Positions 9,730 through 20,208 of a stretch of 64,000 bases of DNA are shown here, piece after piece. Each line of letters starts with the position of its first letter. The stretch's first letter is position 1. The DNA is taken from the NCBI GenBank assembly GCA_963785305.1, contig CAWAUV010000008.1, positions 1,312,001-1,376,000 of the forward strand. The letters run 5' to 3'. The notes under the pieces are model-generated. The model was not told the origin of the DNA. It did no database searches and saw only the letters and a program-made list of their open reading frames with translations. A program made the position numbers and the translations under genes. The DNA comes from an uncultured Planctomycetaceae bacterium. GTDB taxonomy: Bacteria > Planctomycetota > Planctomycetia > Pirellulales > PALSA-1355.

Positions 9730-10887
9730 ATGATCGTCGTCTACGCGGGTGTGGCAATCTCCTTGGGGGCAATGCTGCTCTTCCTGAAACTGTCGAAGAG
9801 CCGCGAGGGATTGCTTAAAGCCACGGTCCTCTCGCTCGCGGGGGCGATTCTGGCGTTCGGGATATGTTCCCCCGCGCTATTTCTCCAGATGGCCGGCGCT
9901 TTTGTCGCCTCGATCATTTGCCTGCCATTTCAGTTGAAACGGCCGATCGTGGTCGCGTTGATGATTATCCCGCCGCTCGCGGTGAACGGCTTATTCCTCT
10001 GGTCCTCGTTCGCCAGAATCACCGAGCTCAACGGACTTCGCCAAGAGTTTCCGCTGGAATCCCTGGCGTCTCGGCTCGCATATGAACACAGGAGCGCCCC
10101 CTTGGTTGCCGAGCCGCCGACGCCTCGACTGTCCGATGCGGCCGAAAGCGGACTCGCCCAATTCGAACAACGCAACACGCCGAACATGCGACGCTACATG
10201 CTCGAATCGCTCCACGAACGAACTCAAGATGAATTCGTGATTGCCCAGGGGTTTGGGCCTGTCCGCATGGACGCCGTGCCACGTGAATATGTCGCCTTGC
10301 CAGACACGGCCCCCATCGCGGTCGAGGCGGGTTCACCCACCCTGGGTTCGACGCAATCCGATCCGGGCGCCACCGAATCACTCGGTTCGCCCTCCCGCAT
10401 GTCGGCGCCCAGTAAAGAGACATTGGCCCCGCTGCACTTCGCCGGGCTCGAAGACTTATTTAACCAAGACCGGATGGGGTATGTCCGGGAGATCGATCAC
10501 GTCGCTGGTTTCCAATCCCATCGGTTCACGAAAGCGCCCGGAACGGCAATCGAACCTTGGCGGCGTTCTTGGAAAATCAACCGCTTGGAACTGATCGGCC
10601 TTTTGCGTTACGACGCGCCAAAAGCCTACATGTCCGACAATCTTCCCCGCTTCGACGAGCTTGCGAATGCCAGTGCGAGAGACCTCGACGATTTCGAGGC
10701 GGCGGCGATCGAGCGCCTGCGGACCGAGGAAAATATCGTGATCGATGAGACTCCTGATCGCGTGCGCATGGTGGGCTCGATCCGAGCGGCGACGGATTGC
10801 CTGAAATGCCATGAGGTCCGCAGAGGCGAACTTCTCGGCGCACTGACTTACGAGCTTGTGCCGATTAGGCCGAGCGTCGTGTATTGA
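9730..10887 (+). CDS. Membrane-anchored hypothetical protein with C-terminal CxxCH (probable c-type heme, DUF3365-like tail)
   Basis: About 4 N-terminal TM segments. Ends RMVGSIRAATDCLKCHEVRRGELLGALTYEL. Start uncertain. Confidence 0.7.
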   Translation: MIVVYAGVAISLGAMLLFLKLSKSREGLLKATVLSLAGAILAFGICSPALFLQMAGAFVASIICLPFQLKRPIVVALMIIPPLAVNGLFLWSSFARITELNGLRQEFPLESLASRLAYEHRSAPLVAEPPTPRLSDAAESGLAQFEQRNTPNMRRYMLESLHERTQDEFVIAQGFGPVRMDAVPREYVALPDTAPIAVEAGSPTLGSTQSDPGATESLGSPSRMSAPSKETLAPLHFAGLEDLFNQDRMGYVREIDHVAGFQSHRFTKAPGTAIEPWRRSWKINRLELIGLLRYDAPKAYMSDNLPRFDELANASARDLDDFEAAAIERLRTEENIVIDETPDRVRMVGSIRAATDCLKCHEVRRGELLGALTYELVPIRPSVVY

Positions 10888-11136
10888 TCCGGCATTTAGC
10901 CGCACATCTTTTGCCGAGACGATCGGCGGTCGCGCGGTGGCCTCGCTCCGGCGGTGAATCGAAGTTCACTTCCCGGTTCGCGATTCGCGGTGAGAGCGGG
11001 GGGCTGGGGGCGAGATCGGGTGGCGGGCGTTCGATCGTGCAAGGCTGGTGTCGGATCGGGCTTCGTCCCGGGGGGCGACGGCTCGGCGCGGCCCGACGGG
11101 GCTCGGCCCGCGAAGCCGGTTTTTTGGGACTTTTTT

Positions 11137-12853
11137 GGGACCAGTTCAGCTTATGCGGCGGTGGCGAGGGGGGTGGAGCGGCGGTGGAAGGGGTGGCCGG
11201 GGCGTTGCGAGAGGTAGTCCTTGAGCCGGCCGTCGTCGCTGAGGGCGGCGGCGCGGAGCTGCAAGATCGCTTCCGCTCCGTCGGGATCGTCCCAGAACAT
11301 TTCGGTCCCTTTCACGCGCAGGTTCATCTGTTTGATCAGCGACTCCATCGGCGCGCTGGTGACCGGCAGGCCCAGGCGGCGATAGCTGGGATAGTCCATC
11401 CGCTGGCGATTGTTCGTCAAGTACCGCACGGCGTCGACGAGCGCTTTCTCCGCGTCACTGGGTTTCGTATCTTCCCAGTCGATGCCCCGGGCGAGGCAGG
11501 CTTGCTTGATCTCGTCGATCACGTGATCGACCTGGCCTTGCCAGCACCAGGTGACGAACTTTAGATAGAGCGACCAACCCTCCGCATCGTTGGCGGCCAG
11601 CGCCAGCGCCGCGCGGTAAACGTATTGAATCGCATGAATGAAGTCGAGGACGGGCGTGAACGTCGGAAAATGTTTTTTCCAGATCGACCAGTTCCAGTTC
11701 AGGCCATCACCGAGGAAGACCCGTAAAGGGGAATCGTAGAACCGGCGCCGCTGGGCTTCGCGCCGCATCAGCGGGCCGAAATCCTCCGAGCAGGACATAC
11801 TGCTCAGCGCCGTGCGCAGCACGCGCCGCGGGCCTTCGTACTTCACGCGGCGGGGTTTCTCGGCGGCGGATTCTTCGCCGGGTGAATCGAGGCGGGGAAC
11901 CGCTTTTTCCGCGATATTCGCCACTTTTTTCGCGATGCGAAAGGAAGTCGGCAACTCGGGGCAAGCGTCTTCGTCCGCGACATGCCGCGGGTTGAGAGAC
12001 ATTCGCTCGAACGAAGCGTTCTTCGTTTCGCGCCAGCCTTTCTCGCCCGACGGCACGACGCCGCGTCCCCGGCCCGGCTCGCGCGTGCGAATGCGGCCGC
12101 CGTCGCAAGAGACCACCGCCGCTTCCGGCACGACGACTTCCTTGACGACTTTTTTATTGTCGCTGGGCGCCGGCAGTGCCTTCCCGTCGGCCAGTTCCTG
12201 GCCCACCTGTTTCACCAAACGCCGAATCGTGCTGCAGGGAACTTTGTGTCCCAGCACTTGCTCGGTGGTCACTTCCGCGCGCTTGAACGAACGGACTTCC
12301 GCGGCTAGGCAGACCACGGCTCGCGTCAACTCGGGCGTGACCTCGCGGCTATCGAGTCCCAACGTCAACCGCTGAGGGAAAAAAAGACCGCCGGCAGCGG
12401 TCGCAGTAAGCGGTCGTCTCGGTCACCTCGACCCGGCCATCCAGGCTGGTGACCGGCCTCGTTGCGGTTTGCACGCGGCACGACGCTCCGCAGGTGGGGC
12501 AGTTCGCTTCCGTCGGGCAGCTCGCGGCGACTTCACGCATCGCTCGCTCTTGGGCTTCACGGCTCAACTCGCGGCCGAGCGTGATAGCATACCGCTCGAT
12601 GACGCTATAGTGCGGCGTGCCGAGGAACGCCCCCTGCTCGACCATCTCCTCGATTCCCAGTTCGGCCAGTTCCCGCAAAAGTTCCTTCCTCCTGGCCTCG
12701 CGGGCCTGCATCGCGGCGTCCATGCCTAGCGCTCCTTAAGCAAGTTTCGTTCACCGATCAAATCCACCTCGCCCAGCTTACCACACAAACCCCGAATTCT
12801 CCTATTGACGTTTCCACATCCACCCCCCAACCCGCAAAAGCTGAACTGGTCCC
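11137..12853 (-). mobile_element. ISKra4-family insertion sequence, 1717 bp, complete
   Basis: 16-bp TIR GGGACCAGTTCAGCTT / AAGCTGAACTGGTCCC. 9-bp target duplication GACTTTTTT at 11128-11136 and 12854-12862. Confidence 0.9.
11151..12723 (-). CDS. ISKra4-family DDE transposase in two overlapping ORFs (12349-12723 and 11151-12368) joined at a T7CCC site
   Basis: OrfA has a zinc ribbon CPTC..CDRC followed by RRSFFP. OrfB has VSCDGG, FLGDGLNWNW, LDFIHAIQY, RMDYPSYRRLGLPVTSAPMESLIKQMNLRVKG. Confidence 0.88.
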
Positions 12854-12880
12854 GACTTTTTTCGTTGCTTTAGACGGCTC

Positions 12881-12909
12881 TTGCGATCGCGGGGGCGAAT
12901 TCCTATACT
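12881..12909 (+). promoter_or_regulatory. Sigma-70-type promoter of the small basic protein gene
   Basis: TTGCGA-N17-TATACT, with GAGAGGA RBS before ATG 12954. Confidence 0.6.
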
Positions 12910-12953
12910 CACTGGCTTATCGGTTAAGCGATTCGAGAGAGGAATTGACCGCC

Positions 12954-13199
12954 ATGACGATGGACAAGAGTTTGCAGATTCGCCGCGGGATGGCCCGCAG
13001 CCGCAGTGTATTGTCGCGCGCCGAGCGATTGTCGCGTTTGCAAGCCGCCGATCGGTGGAAAGAGGGCGATAGCCCTTTTGGCCTGCCGAAAGTGCGCGTC
13101 TATAAGCTGAGCATGAAGAAGAAGAAAAAGAAGAAGGAAGAAGAGGGCGAGGAAGGCGACAAGAAGGCCGCCGAAAAGAAGCCGGCCGGCAAGAAATAG
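12954..13199 (+). CDS. PVC-superphylum signature small basic protein (TIGR04137-like)
   Basis: MDKSL...RSVLSRAERLSRLQAADRWKEGDSPFGLPKVRV with a poly-Lys tail. Confidence 0.88.
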   Translation: MTMDKSLQIRRGMARSRSVLSRAERLSRLQAADRWKEGDSPFGLPKVRVYKLSMKKKKKKKEEEGEEGDKKAAEKKPAGKK

Positions 13200-13617
13200 C
13201 CGCGTTTTCTCGCCGCCCACTCCCCCCGGGCAGCGAGCCATGCAACGCGTGTGCGAGCCGCGCTCGCGCTTGCCGGAAGCCGTCTTCGCCGCGCCGCTTC
13301 AGCGATGCTTCCCTTCGGGAGTCGGCGGGGAAGGCAAATGGTCGACGCGGCGAGTTGTTCGCAAGCGAGTCGCAAGACGCTCCGAGGCGATGTTCGCCGT
13401 CGTTCGTTTGCCGCTTGCTCGGCCGGTGTTCGAGTGCGATTGCTCGATCCTTCGCCGCGCGAAGCGGATCGGCCCGGTCACTGTTCTTTCTCACAAGTTT
13501 TCTAGGTCCCCCGGCGGACCCCAAGCGATCGCGGCGCCATGAACCTTGCCGATGCCGATCGCGCGGAATTTTCATTGTTTCCATCGAGTCTGGTTCGTTC
13601 GAAAGGAACCCCCTGGT

Positions 13618-16358
13618 ATGTCGAAAACTGAAAAATACGTCTATTCCTTCGGACCTTCCGGCTCGGACGGCGACGCGTCGATGCGGGCCCTGCTTGGAGG
13701 CAAGGGCGCCAACCTCGCCGAAATGACCAATCTCGGCCTGCCGGTGCCCGCCGGCTTCACCATCGGCACGAATGTCTGCACTTATTACTATGCCCATGAA
13801 AAGAGCTATCCGCCCGAACTTCGCAAGGCGGTCGACGAGGCGATCACCAAGGTCGAAGCCGCGATGGGCGCCAAGTTCGGCTCCAACGAAAACCCGCTCT
13901 TGCTCTCCTGCCGCTCGGGCGCCCGCGACTCGATGCCGGGCATGATGGACACGGTGCTCAATATCGGTCTCAACGACAAGACCGTGGCCGCCTTGGCCAA
14001 GGCGTCGGGCAACGAACGCTTCGCCTGGGACAGCTATCGCCGCTTCGTGCAGATGTACGGCGACGTGGTGCTCGATATGAAGCCGAAGACCAAGCACGAC
14101 CACGATCCGTTCGAGGAACTGCTCGACGCCAAAAAGCACGAAGCGGGCGTCACCCACGACTACGAGCTCACGCCCGCGCGGCTCAAGGAGCTGGTCGGCG
14201 AATTCAAGACCGCGATCAAGAAGCAAACCGGCAAGGATTTTCCCGACAACCCGATGGATCAGGTCTGGGGCGCCATCTCGGCGGTGTTCGGCTCGTGGAT
14301 GAACGACCGGGCCGTCGTCTATCGCCAGCAGTATGGCATTCCGCATGAATGGGGCACCGCCGTCAATGTGCAAGCGATGGTGTTCGGCAACCTGGGCGAC
14401 GATTGCGCCACCGGCGTGGCCATGACGCGCGACGTGGCCCTGGGCGAACCGGGCCTCAATGGCGATTATCTCATCAATGCCCAGGGCGAAGACGTGGTGG
14501 CCGGCATCCGCACTCCCAAGCGGATCGAGGAAACGCTCGAGAAGGAAATGCCTGTTTCCCACAAGGAGCTGGTCGAGATCGGCAAGAAGCTCGAAAAGCA
14601 TTATCGCGACGTGCAGGATGTCGAGTTCACCGTGCAGCGCGGCAAGGTGTGGATGCTCCAAACCCGCAATGCCAAACGCACCGGATTCGCCGCCGTGCGC
14701 ATCGCCGTGGACATGGTCAACGAGGGACTGATCGAGAAAGACGACGCGCTCGACCAGCAAGCGCATTCCGGCCGACGACCTGAATCAATTGCTCCGCCCG
14801 CTGTTCGACCCCGACGCCAAGAAAGAAGCGATCAAGGACGGCCGCTTCCTGGCCAAGGGCATCAACGCCGGCCCTGGCGCCGCCAGCGGACGCATCTGCT
14901 TCCACGCTTCCGACGCCGAGGAACTCTGGCTCAAGGACAACAAAGTGCGGCTGATGCTTGTCCGCCGCGAGACCAGCCCGGAAGACCTGCGCGGCATGAA
15001 GATCGCCGAAGGCATCCTCACCGCGTTTGGCGGCGCGAGCTCGCATGCGGCCCTCGTCAGCCGGCAGATGGGCAAGGCGTGCATCGTCGGCTGCGGCTCG
15101 CTCAACATCGACTACCACGCCGGCACGATGACCGTCAAAGGCAAGACGCTCAAGGCCGGCGACTGGATCTCGATCGACGGCTCGACCGGCGAAGTCTTCG
15201 AGGGCCAGGTCAAAACCGTGCCCAGCGAAATCTATCAGGTGCTCATCTCGAAAACGATGAAGCCCGAGGAGTCGGGAACCTATCGCCGCTACGAGCAACT
15301 AATGGGCTGGGTCGACGAGGCCCGCAAGCTGCGCGTGCGCACCAATGCCGACGAGCCGAAGCAAGCGATCGAGGCGATCGCGTTCGGCGCCGAAGGCATC
15401 GGCCTTTGCCGCACCGAGCACATGTTCTTCGAGCACATCGACGACTTCCGCGAGATGATTCTCGCCACGACGCTCGAGGGCCGCGAAAAGGCGCTCGCCA
15501 AGCTCCTGCCGCACCAGCGGAAGGATTTCGATGGCCTGTTCCGCGCCATGCAAGGCCGGCCGGTGACGATCCGCTTGCTCGATCCGCCGTTGCACGAGTT
15601 CCTGCCGCATGCCGAGGCCGAGCAAAAGGCGCTCGCCGCCAAGATCGGCGTGACGCCGGAATCGATCACCCGCCGCGTGCATGAATTGCACGAATTCAAC
15701 CCGATGCTCGGCCACCGCGGCTGCCGCTTGGGCATCGTGCTATCCCGAAATCACGCGGATGCAGGCTCGGGCCATTATCGAGGCGGCGTGCGATGTGAAG
15801 AAGAGCGGCGTCGATGTGTTGCCCGAAGTGATGATTCCGCTGGCCGGCTTCGCGTCGGAGTTCCGGAATCAGGAAAAGATCGTGCGCGAGACGGCCGACA
15901 AGGTATTCGCCGAAAAAGGCATCACGGTGAAGTATCTGGTCGGCACGATGATCGAACTGCCGCGCGCCGCCGTCGTGGCCGATCAGATCGCCGAGCACGC
16001 CGAGTTCTTCAGCTTCGGCACCAACGATCTGACCCAAACCACGCTCGGCATGAGCCGCGACGACTACGCCGGCTATATCAACTACTATCGCGAGCACGAC
16101 ATCGTGCCGAACGATCCCTTCCAGACGATCGATCAGCAGGGCGTGGGCGAGCTGATGAAACTGGGCGTGGCGGGTGGCAAGAAGAGCCGGCCCGACATCA
16201 AGCTCGGCATCTGCGGCGAACACGGCGGCGATCCGGCCAGCGTGGTGTTCTGCCATAAGATCGGGCTGAACTACGTGAGCTGCTCGCCGTTCCGAGTGCC
16301 CATCGCGCGGCTTGCCGCGGCCCAAGCGGCCGTGGAAGAGAAGCGGGCCAAGAAGTAA
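13618..16358 (+). CDS. ppdK: Pyruvate, phosphate dikinase (frameshifts near 14755 and 15740)
   Basis: [35 protein letters not shown] (phospho-His), [30 protein letters not shown]. Confidence 0.96.
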
Positions 16359-16428
16359 GCCGACGGGCAAGCCGGTCCGGCCGATTGGGCCGCGGTTAGT
16401 AGCTCGGCGCAATTAAACGACGCTCTTG

Positions 16429-16489
16429 AAAAAATAGACGCCGCCGCGAACCGCCCGACCTTGGGCAAGCTCGCGGCGGCGTTTTTTTT
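16429..16489. terminator. Bidirectional intrinsic terminator between the convergent ppdK and lpxA genes
   Basis: A-run, stem GACGCCGCCGCGA/TCGCGGCGGCGTT, then T-run. Confidence 0.75.
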
Positions 16490-16520
16490 CTTGCGATTCA
16501 TGCTCGCGCGGCCCGAGGCG

Positions 16521-17378
16521 TCAACCGGCCTTGGTTTGCAGGCGATGGCCTTCTTCTTCGTCTTCGCCGGCGCGGCGGAGTTTGAGCGTGGCGCCGGGCG
16601 GCAGGCGTCGCTCTTGCACGAAGCCGCGCGTGCCCTCGGCCAGGAATTTCGGCAACTCGGCGGCCGGGCCGGCCGTGTAGCGCCGCTTGAGCTCGGCGAG
16701 CACTTCGGTCCACTTGAGGCCGCCGCGATAGACTAGCCGATACGCTTGCTTGAGCTCGAGCACTTCCTCGGCCACGAAGCCATTGCGCCGCAGGCCCACG
16801 AGATTCAGCCCCACGATGCAGCCGCTATTGCCGTCGACCATCATATAGGGCGGCACATCTTGCACCACCCGGGCGTGGCCGCCCACCATGGCCAAGCTGC
16901 CGATACGGCAGAACTGATGCACGGCCACGGCGCCGGAGACGAAGGCCCGATCGCCGACCGTGACATGGCCACCCAGGAGCACATTGTTGGCGAAGATCGC
17001 ATGGTTGCCGAGTTGGCAGTCGTGGGCGACATGAGCGCCGACCATCAGATAATTGCTATCGCCGACCGTGGTGGCGGCGTCTTCGCGCAAGGCGCGATGC
17101 AATGTGCAGTTTTCGCGAATCGTGTTGTGAGAGCCGATCACGAGTCGGCCCAGCCGCTCGGGCGGACGCGTGTGTTGCGGCAGTCCGCCCAGGATCGCGC
17201 CCTCGCCGATCGTGTTGTGACTGCCGAGCCGGGTCCCACTCTTGATGATGGCCCGGCTCGCGAGCGTGCAATGATCGCCGATCACCACATCGGGCTCGAC
17301 GATACAAAACGGACCAATCGTGACACCGCGGCCGATCGTTGCTTGGGGACTTACGACTGCCAGCGGATGAGTGTTCAC
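16521..17378 (-). CDS. lpxA: Acyl-ACP--UDP-N-acetylglucosamine O-acyltransferase
   Basis: Hexapeptide repeats, LGGLPQ, HVAHDC, VHQFCRIG, QDVPPY, GLNLVGLRRNGF. Confidence 0.93.
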   Translation of the reverse strand: MNTHPLAVVSPQATIGRGVTIGPFCIVEPDVVIGDHCTLASRAIIKSGTRLGSHNTIGEGAILGGLPQHTRPPERLGRLVIGSHNTIRENCTLHRALREDAATTVGDSNYLMVGAHVAHDCQLGNHAIFANNVLLGGHVTVGDRAFVSGAVAVHQFCRIGSLAMVGGHARVVQDVPPYMMVDGNSGCIVGLNLVGLRRNGFVAEEVLELKQAYRLVYRGGLKWTEVLAELKRRYTAGPAAELPKFLAEGTRGFVQERRLPPGATLKLRRAGEDEEEGHRLQTKAG

Positions 17379-17705
17379 GTTGGACGTCCTTGTAAAAGAC
17401 TAGCGGACGAAGGGTCGAGGCTGCTAGCACATGCGGGATCGCGGTCCGCGGGAATGGACCGCGCTCGGAAGCTGGCGGAGCAAGCATGTTGCGCCGACCG
17501 CTTTCCTCGATATTATCGGCAGAAGCGCAAGCATCCATTCAACAATCGCCCCGGTTTTGTGGAATCGCCTCGCCGCCCAAACGCACTTTCGCGAATGCCC
17601 CCCGGGCGGCGCCGCGACTGCTGGCGCAAGCCGCGCGAATTCGAGATCCGTCACTCGCCGGGTAGCGTCGCTTGTACTCTGGCGCCCGCGCCAAGCCAAG
17701 GTCGG

Positions 17706-18365
17706 CTAGTTGTCGTTGGGGGCGCCGGGGCGCTCGATGACAGCTAGTTGCCCGACGAGTCCAGCAGCCTTCGAAAACAGGTCGCCGGTCCCGTCGGCGG
17801 TCGAGGGAGCGGTGCTGGCGATGCCGGTCAGGTTGCCGACGTGGTCGTAAGTTAAGGCTCGCGACGCGACCGTGACCGGCGTGCCCGAACCGTCTTGCGA
17901 AAACGTCTCGCCGGTGACATCGCCGTTGCTATTGGCGTTGCCGGTATCCACGAACGGCCCCTGGTCCTTTGCGGCCTTGATCGCCTGCTTCACGGTTTCG
18001 ACTTGATCGGTCGTGAGTGTGAAGTTCATCGTGGCGAGCGTGTCACGTTCCCCAGATGCAAGTTCGGGGAAGTCAGCCTCGGCTACGTCGAACATGGCGG
18101 ACTTCTCGGCCAGGGAATCGAACAAGGCTTGGACCGCCTCGCTGTTGGTTTCCAGGTCGGCGAGCAAGGCATTTAGCTTCTCAGCATCGGCGGCAGCCAT
18201 AGCACCCAAAGGGTCAAGGCTTGCCAACAGTTTGTCCCCTTCCTCCGGGGTGACATCAAGCACGAGAACTGGTAGCATTTCGTCAGGCGCAACTTCTGCC
18301 CGGAGATGCCCGTCGAGCAGCATTAAGCCCTGATCGGTTTCCCTTGCAAGCACTGCGTTAGCGAG
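17706..18365 (-). pseudogene. 5'-truncated phage-type ParB-like protein fused to an RHS/YD-repeat fragment
   Basis: LMLLDGHLRAE..PVLVLDVT..DKLLASLDPLGAMA, then MNFTLTTDQVETVKQAI..GPFVDTGNANSNG, then DVTGETF..LTYDHVGNLT. Cut by IS66 at 18366. Confidence 0.6.
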
Positions 18366-19537
18366 GTAACTGTTAAGCATTTCCTCTTTCCCGAAATTGG
18401 GTTTTCGGTCACATTGACTGGATCATGAATGATCGAGATCGACGGATCGCCGAGTTGGAAGCGGAAATCGCCCGGTTGCAGGCGGAGAACGGAACGCTGC
18501 GCAAGCGCGTCGAGCAACTCGAGCAGCAAGTCCAAAAGTTTTTGCAGCGGCGCAAGAAAACCCGCTCGGCCGCCAATGCGCGGCGTGGCGAACAGGATCG
18601 CCGCCGCAAGCAGTTTCGCAAACATCCGGGCAGCTTTCGTCCAGAGCCGCCGCCCGGCCCAGCGCATATCGAAATACATAGTATTCATCGAACATGACGT
18701 GCATCCGCGAGAGTGTCCGCATTGCGGCGGCCACGATCTGACCGCCACCGGCGAGTTCGAAGAGCATGAGATGGCGGAGATTCCAGAGCCCAAGCTCGAA
18801 TGGTCATCGCAATCGGGCCGTCCTCGAGCGAGCGTTGGGCACATCGTTCGCGGGCACGCTGGTCAGCGATTTTTATGCGGTCTACAACCGGCTCGACTGC
18901 CGCAAACAGCGCTGCTTGGTCCATTTGCTTCGCGAGTTGCACAAGCTGCGCGAGACGTTGCCGGCGGCGAGCGTGCGGGCCTTCATCCAGCCGTTGATCA
19001 CGCTGTTTCAAGACGCGATCCGGTTGGGCCACGAGCGCAAGTCGCTCGGCAAAAAAGCTTTCAACGCGGCCCGACACGAGATTCAAAACCGTTTCGACAC
19101 GTTGATGCTCGAGACGCGCGTGCGGCATCGCGAATGTTTGCGAATCTGGCGCCGGCTGTTCAAGCACTGCGACGAATTGTTCACCTTCCTCGACGATGCG
19201 AATGTTCCGGCCGACAACAACGGAACCGAACGCGACATCCGAAGCCTGGCGGCGGCGAGGAATGATGGCGGCACGCATCGGACGGAATGGAGCGCGGCGG
19301 CGTTCGCCCGAATCAAGAGCGTGATCGCGACCGGCGCAAAAACGGTTTGAGCTTCGCAAGGTATGGAATCGAAGTCGTGCGCACTAAATTGCAAGGCAAG
19401 ACCCTGCCGCTGCCGATCACCAATAGCAGTTAAAACATCCGCCACGCGACCCATCCCCGGAAACCCCTCGCCCGCGATCCCCGCCAATATCGCCACCGCC
19501 CCCCCACGCCCAGGCCACGCCACGGCTTAACAGTTAC
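18366..19537 (+). mobile_element. IS66-family (single-ORF, ISBst12-like) element, copy 1, internally deleted
   Basis: Ends GTAACTGTTAAGC / GCTTAACAGTTAC. Near-identical to 56052-57606 but lacks about 384 bp. No TSD. Confidence 0.9.
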
Positions 19538-19587
19538 CTCCCCGTGGCTCTTGTCGCCTGCTGGCATCTGGGGCGGGTGTAGCACTC

Positions 19588-19791
19588 TCACCCTCCATTG
19601 CGAGCACCCCGCAAGATCGACCGCTCAATTACCTTCGCGGCCTTCTGAAGCGAGTTCTCCGCGGAACTCGCCAGCGAACGACACGCAACGACAGAAGCAG
19701 CGTATCGTTCGATCTCCTCGCGAACAATGCTCGCAATAGCCTCGTGCTGCTCTGGATTCAGGGCGCCACTTTCACGGTCAACAATGGCCAT
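19588..19791 (-). CDS. Small hypothetical protein, probably part of the phage-like remnant
   Basis: GGAGAGG RBS before ATG; 67 aa, helical. An overlapping downstream ATG runs into the IS66 end. Confidence 0.4.
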   Translation of the reverse strand: MAIVDRESGALNPEQHEAIASIVREEIERYAASVVACRSLASSAENSLQKAAKVIERSILRGARNGG

Positions 19792-20086
19792 ATTAAAGCC
19801 TCTCCCGCCAATGCGCAAAAACAACGCCGGCGGAAACCTGTTCCGCCGTACACGTCCCACTGCCGGCTTTCCGCGAGGAGATGACCTCTGGCGTATCCGA
19901 GCCATCGGCGGATTTTCACCCGCCTCTTCAGCAATTGGCGACGGGGAAACGCTTGATGGCTATCTGATCTTATGTGACCAAAATGGCCAAGCCTGGCGCA
20001 CGATCGCTGACCCGAAGTGAGCCGCGGTGATCGCCAAGCGTCCAGTATCGGGTGGAAGTTCAGACGTCATGCCACGAAATAGGCGC

Positions 20087-20102
20087 GGGCATACCGTTTG
20101 CT
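20087..20102 (+). promoter_or_regulatory. Sigma-54 -24/-12 promoter motif upstream of mscS
   Basis: GGGCATACCGTTTGCT (GG-N10-GC). Confidence 0.6.
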
Positions 20103-20208
20103 ATTCCCCCTTCCCGCGACCGGAATTCCATCCTGTTTCCACCGGTCCCATCCTCGTCGGGTACAAAATTGCGAATTCTTTTCCCCGCGTAATGGACGGC
20201 GCCCTCGC

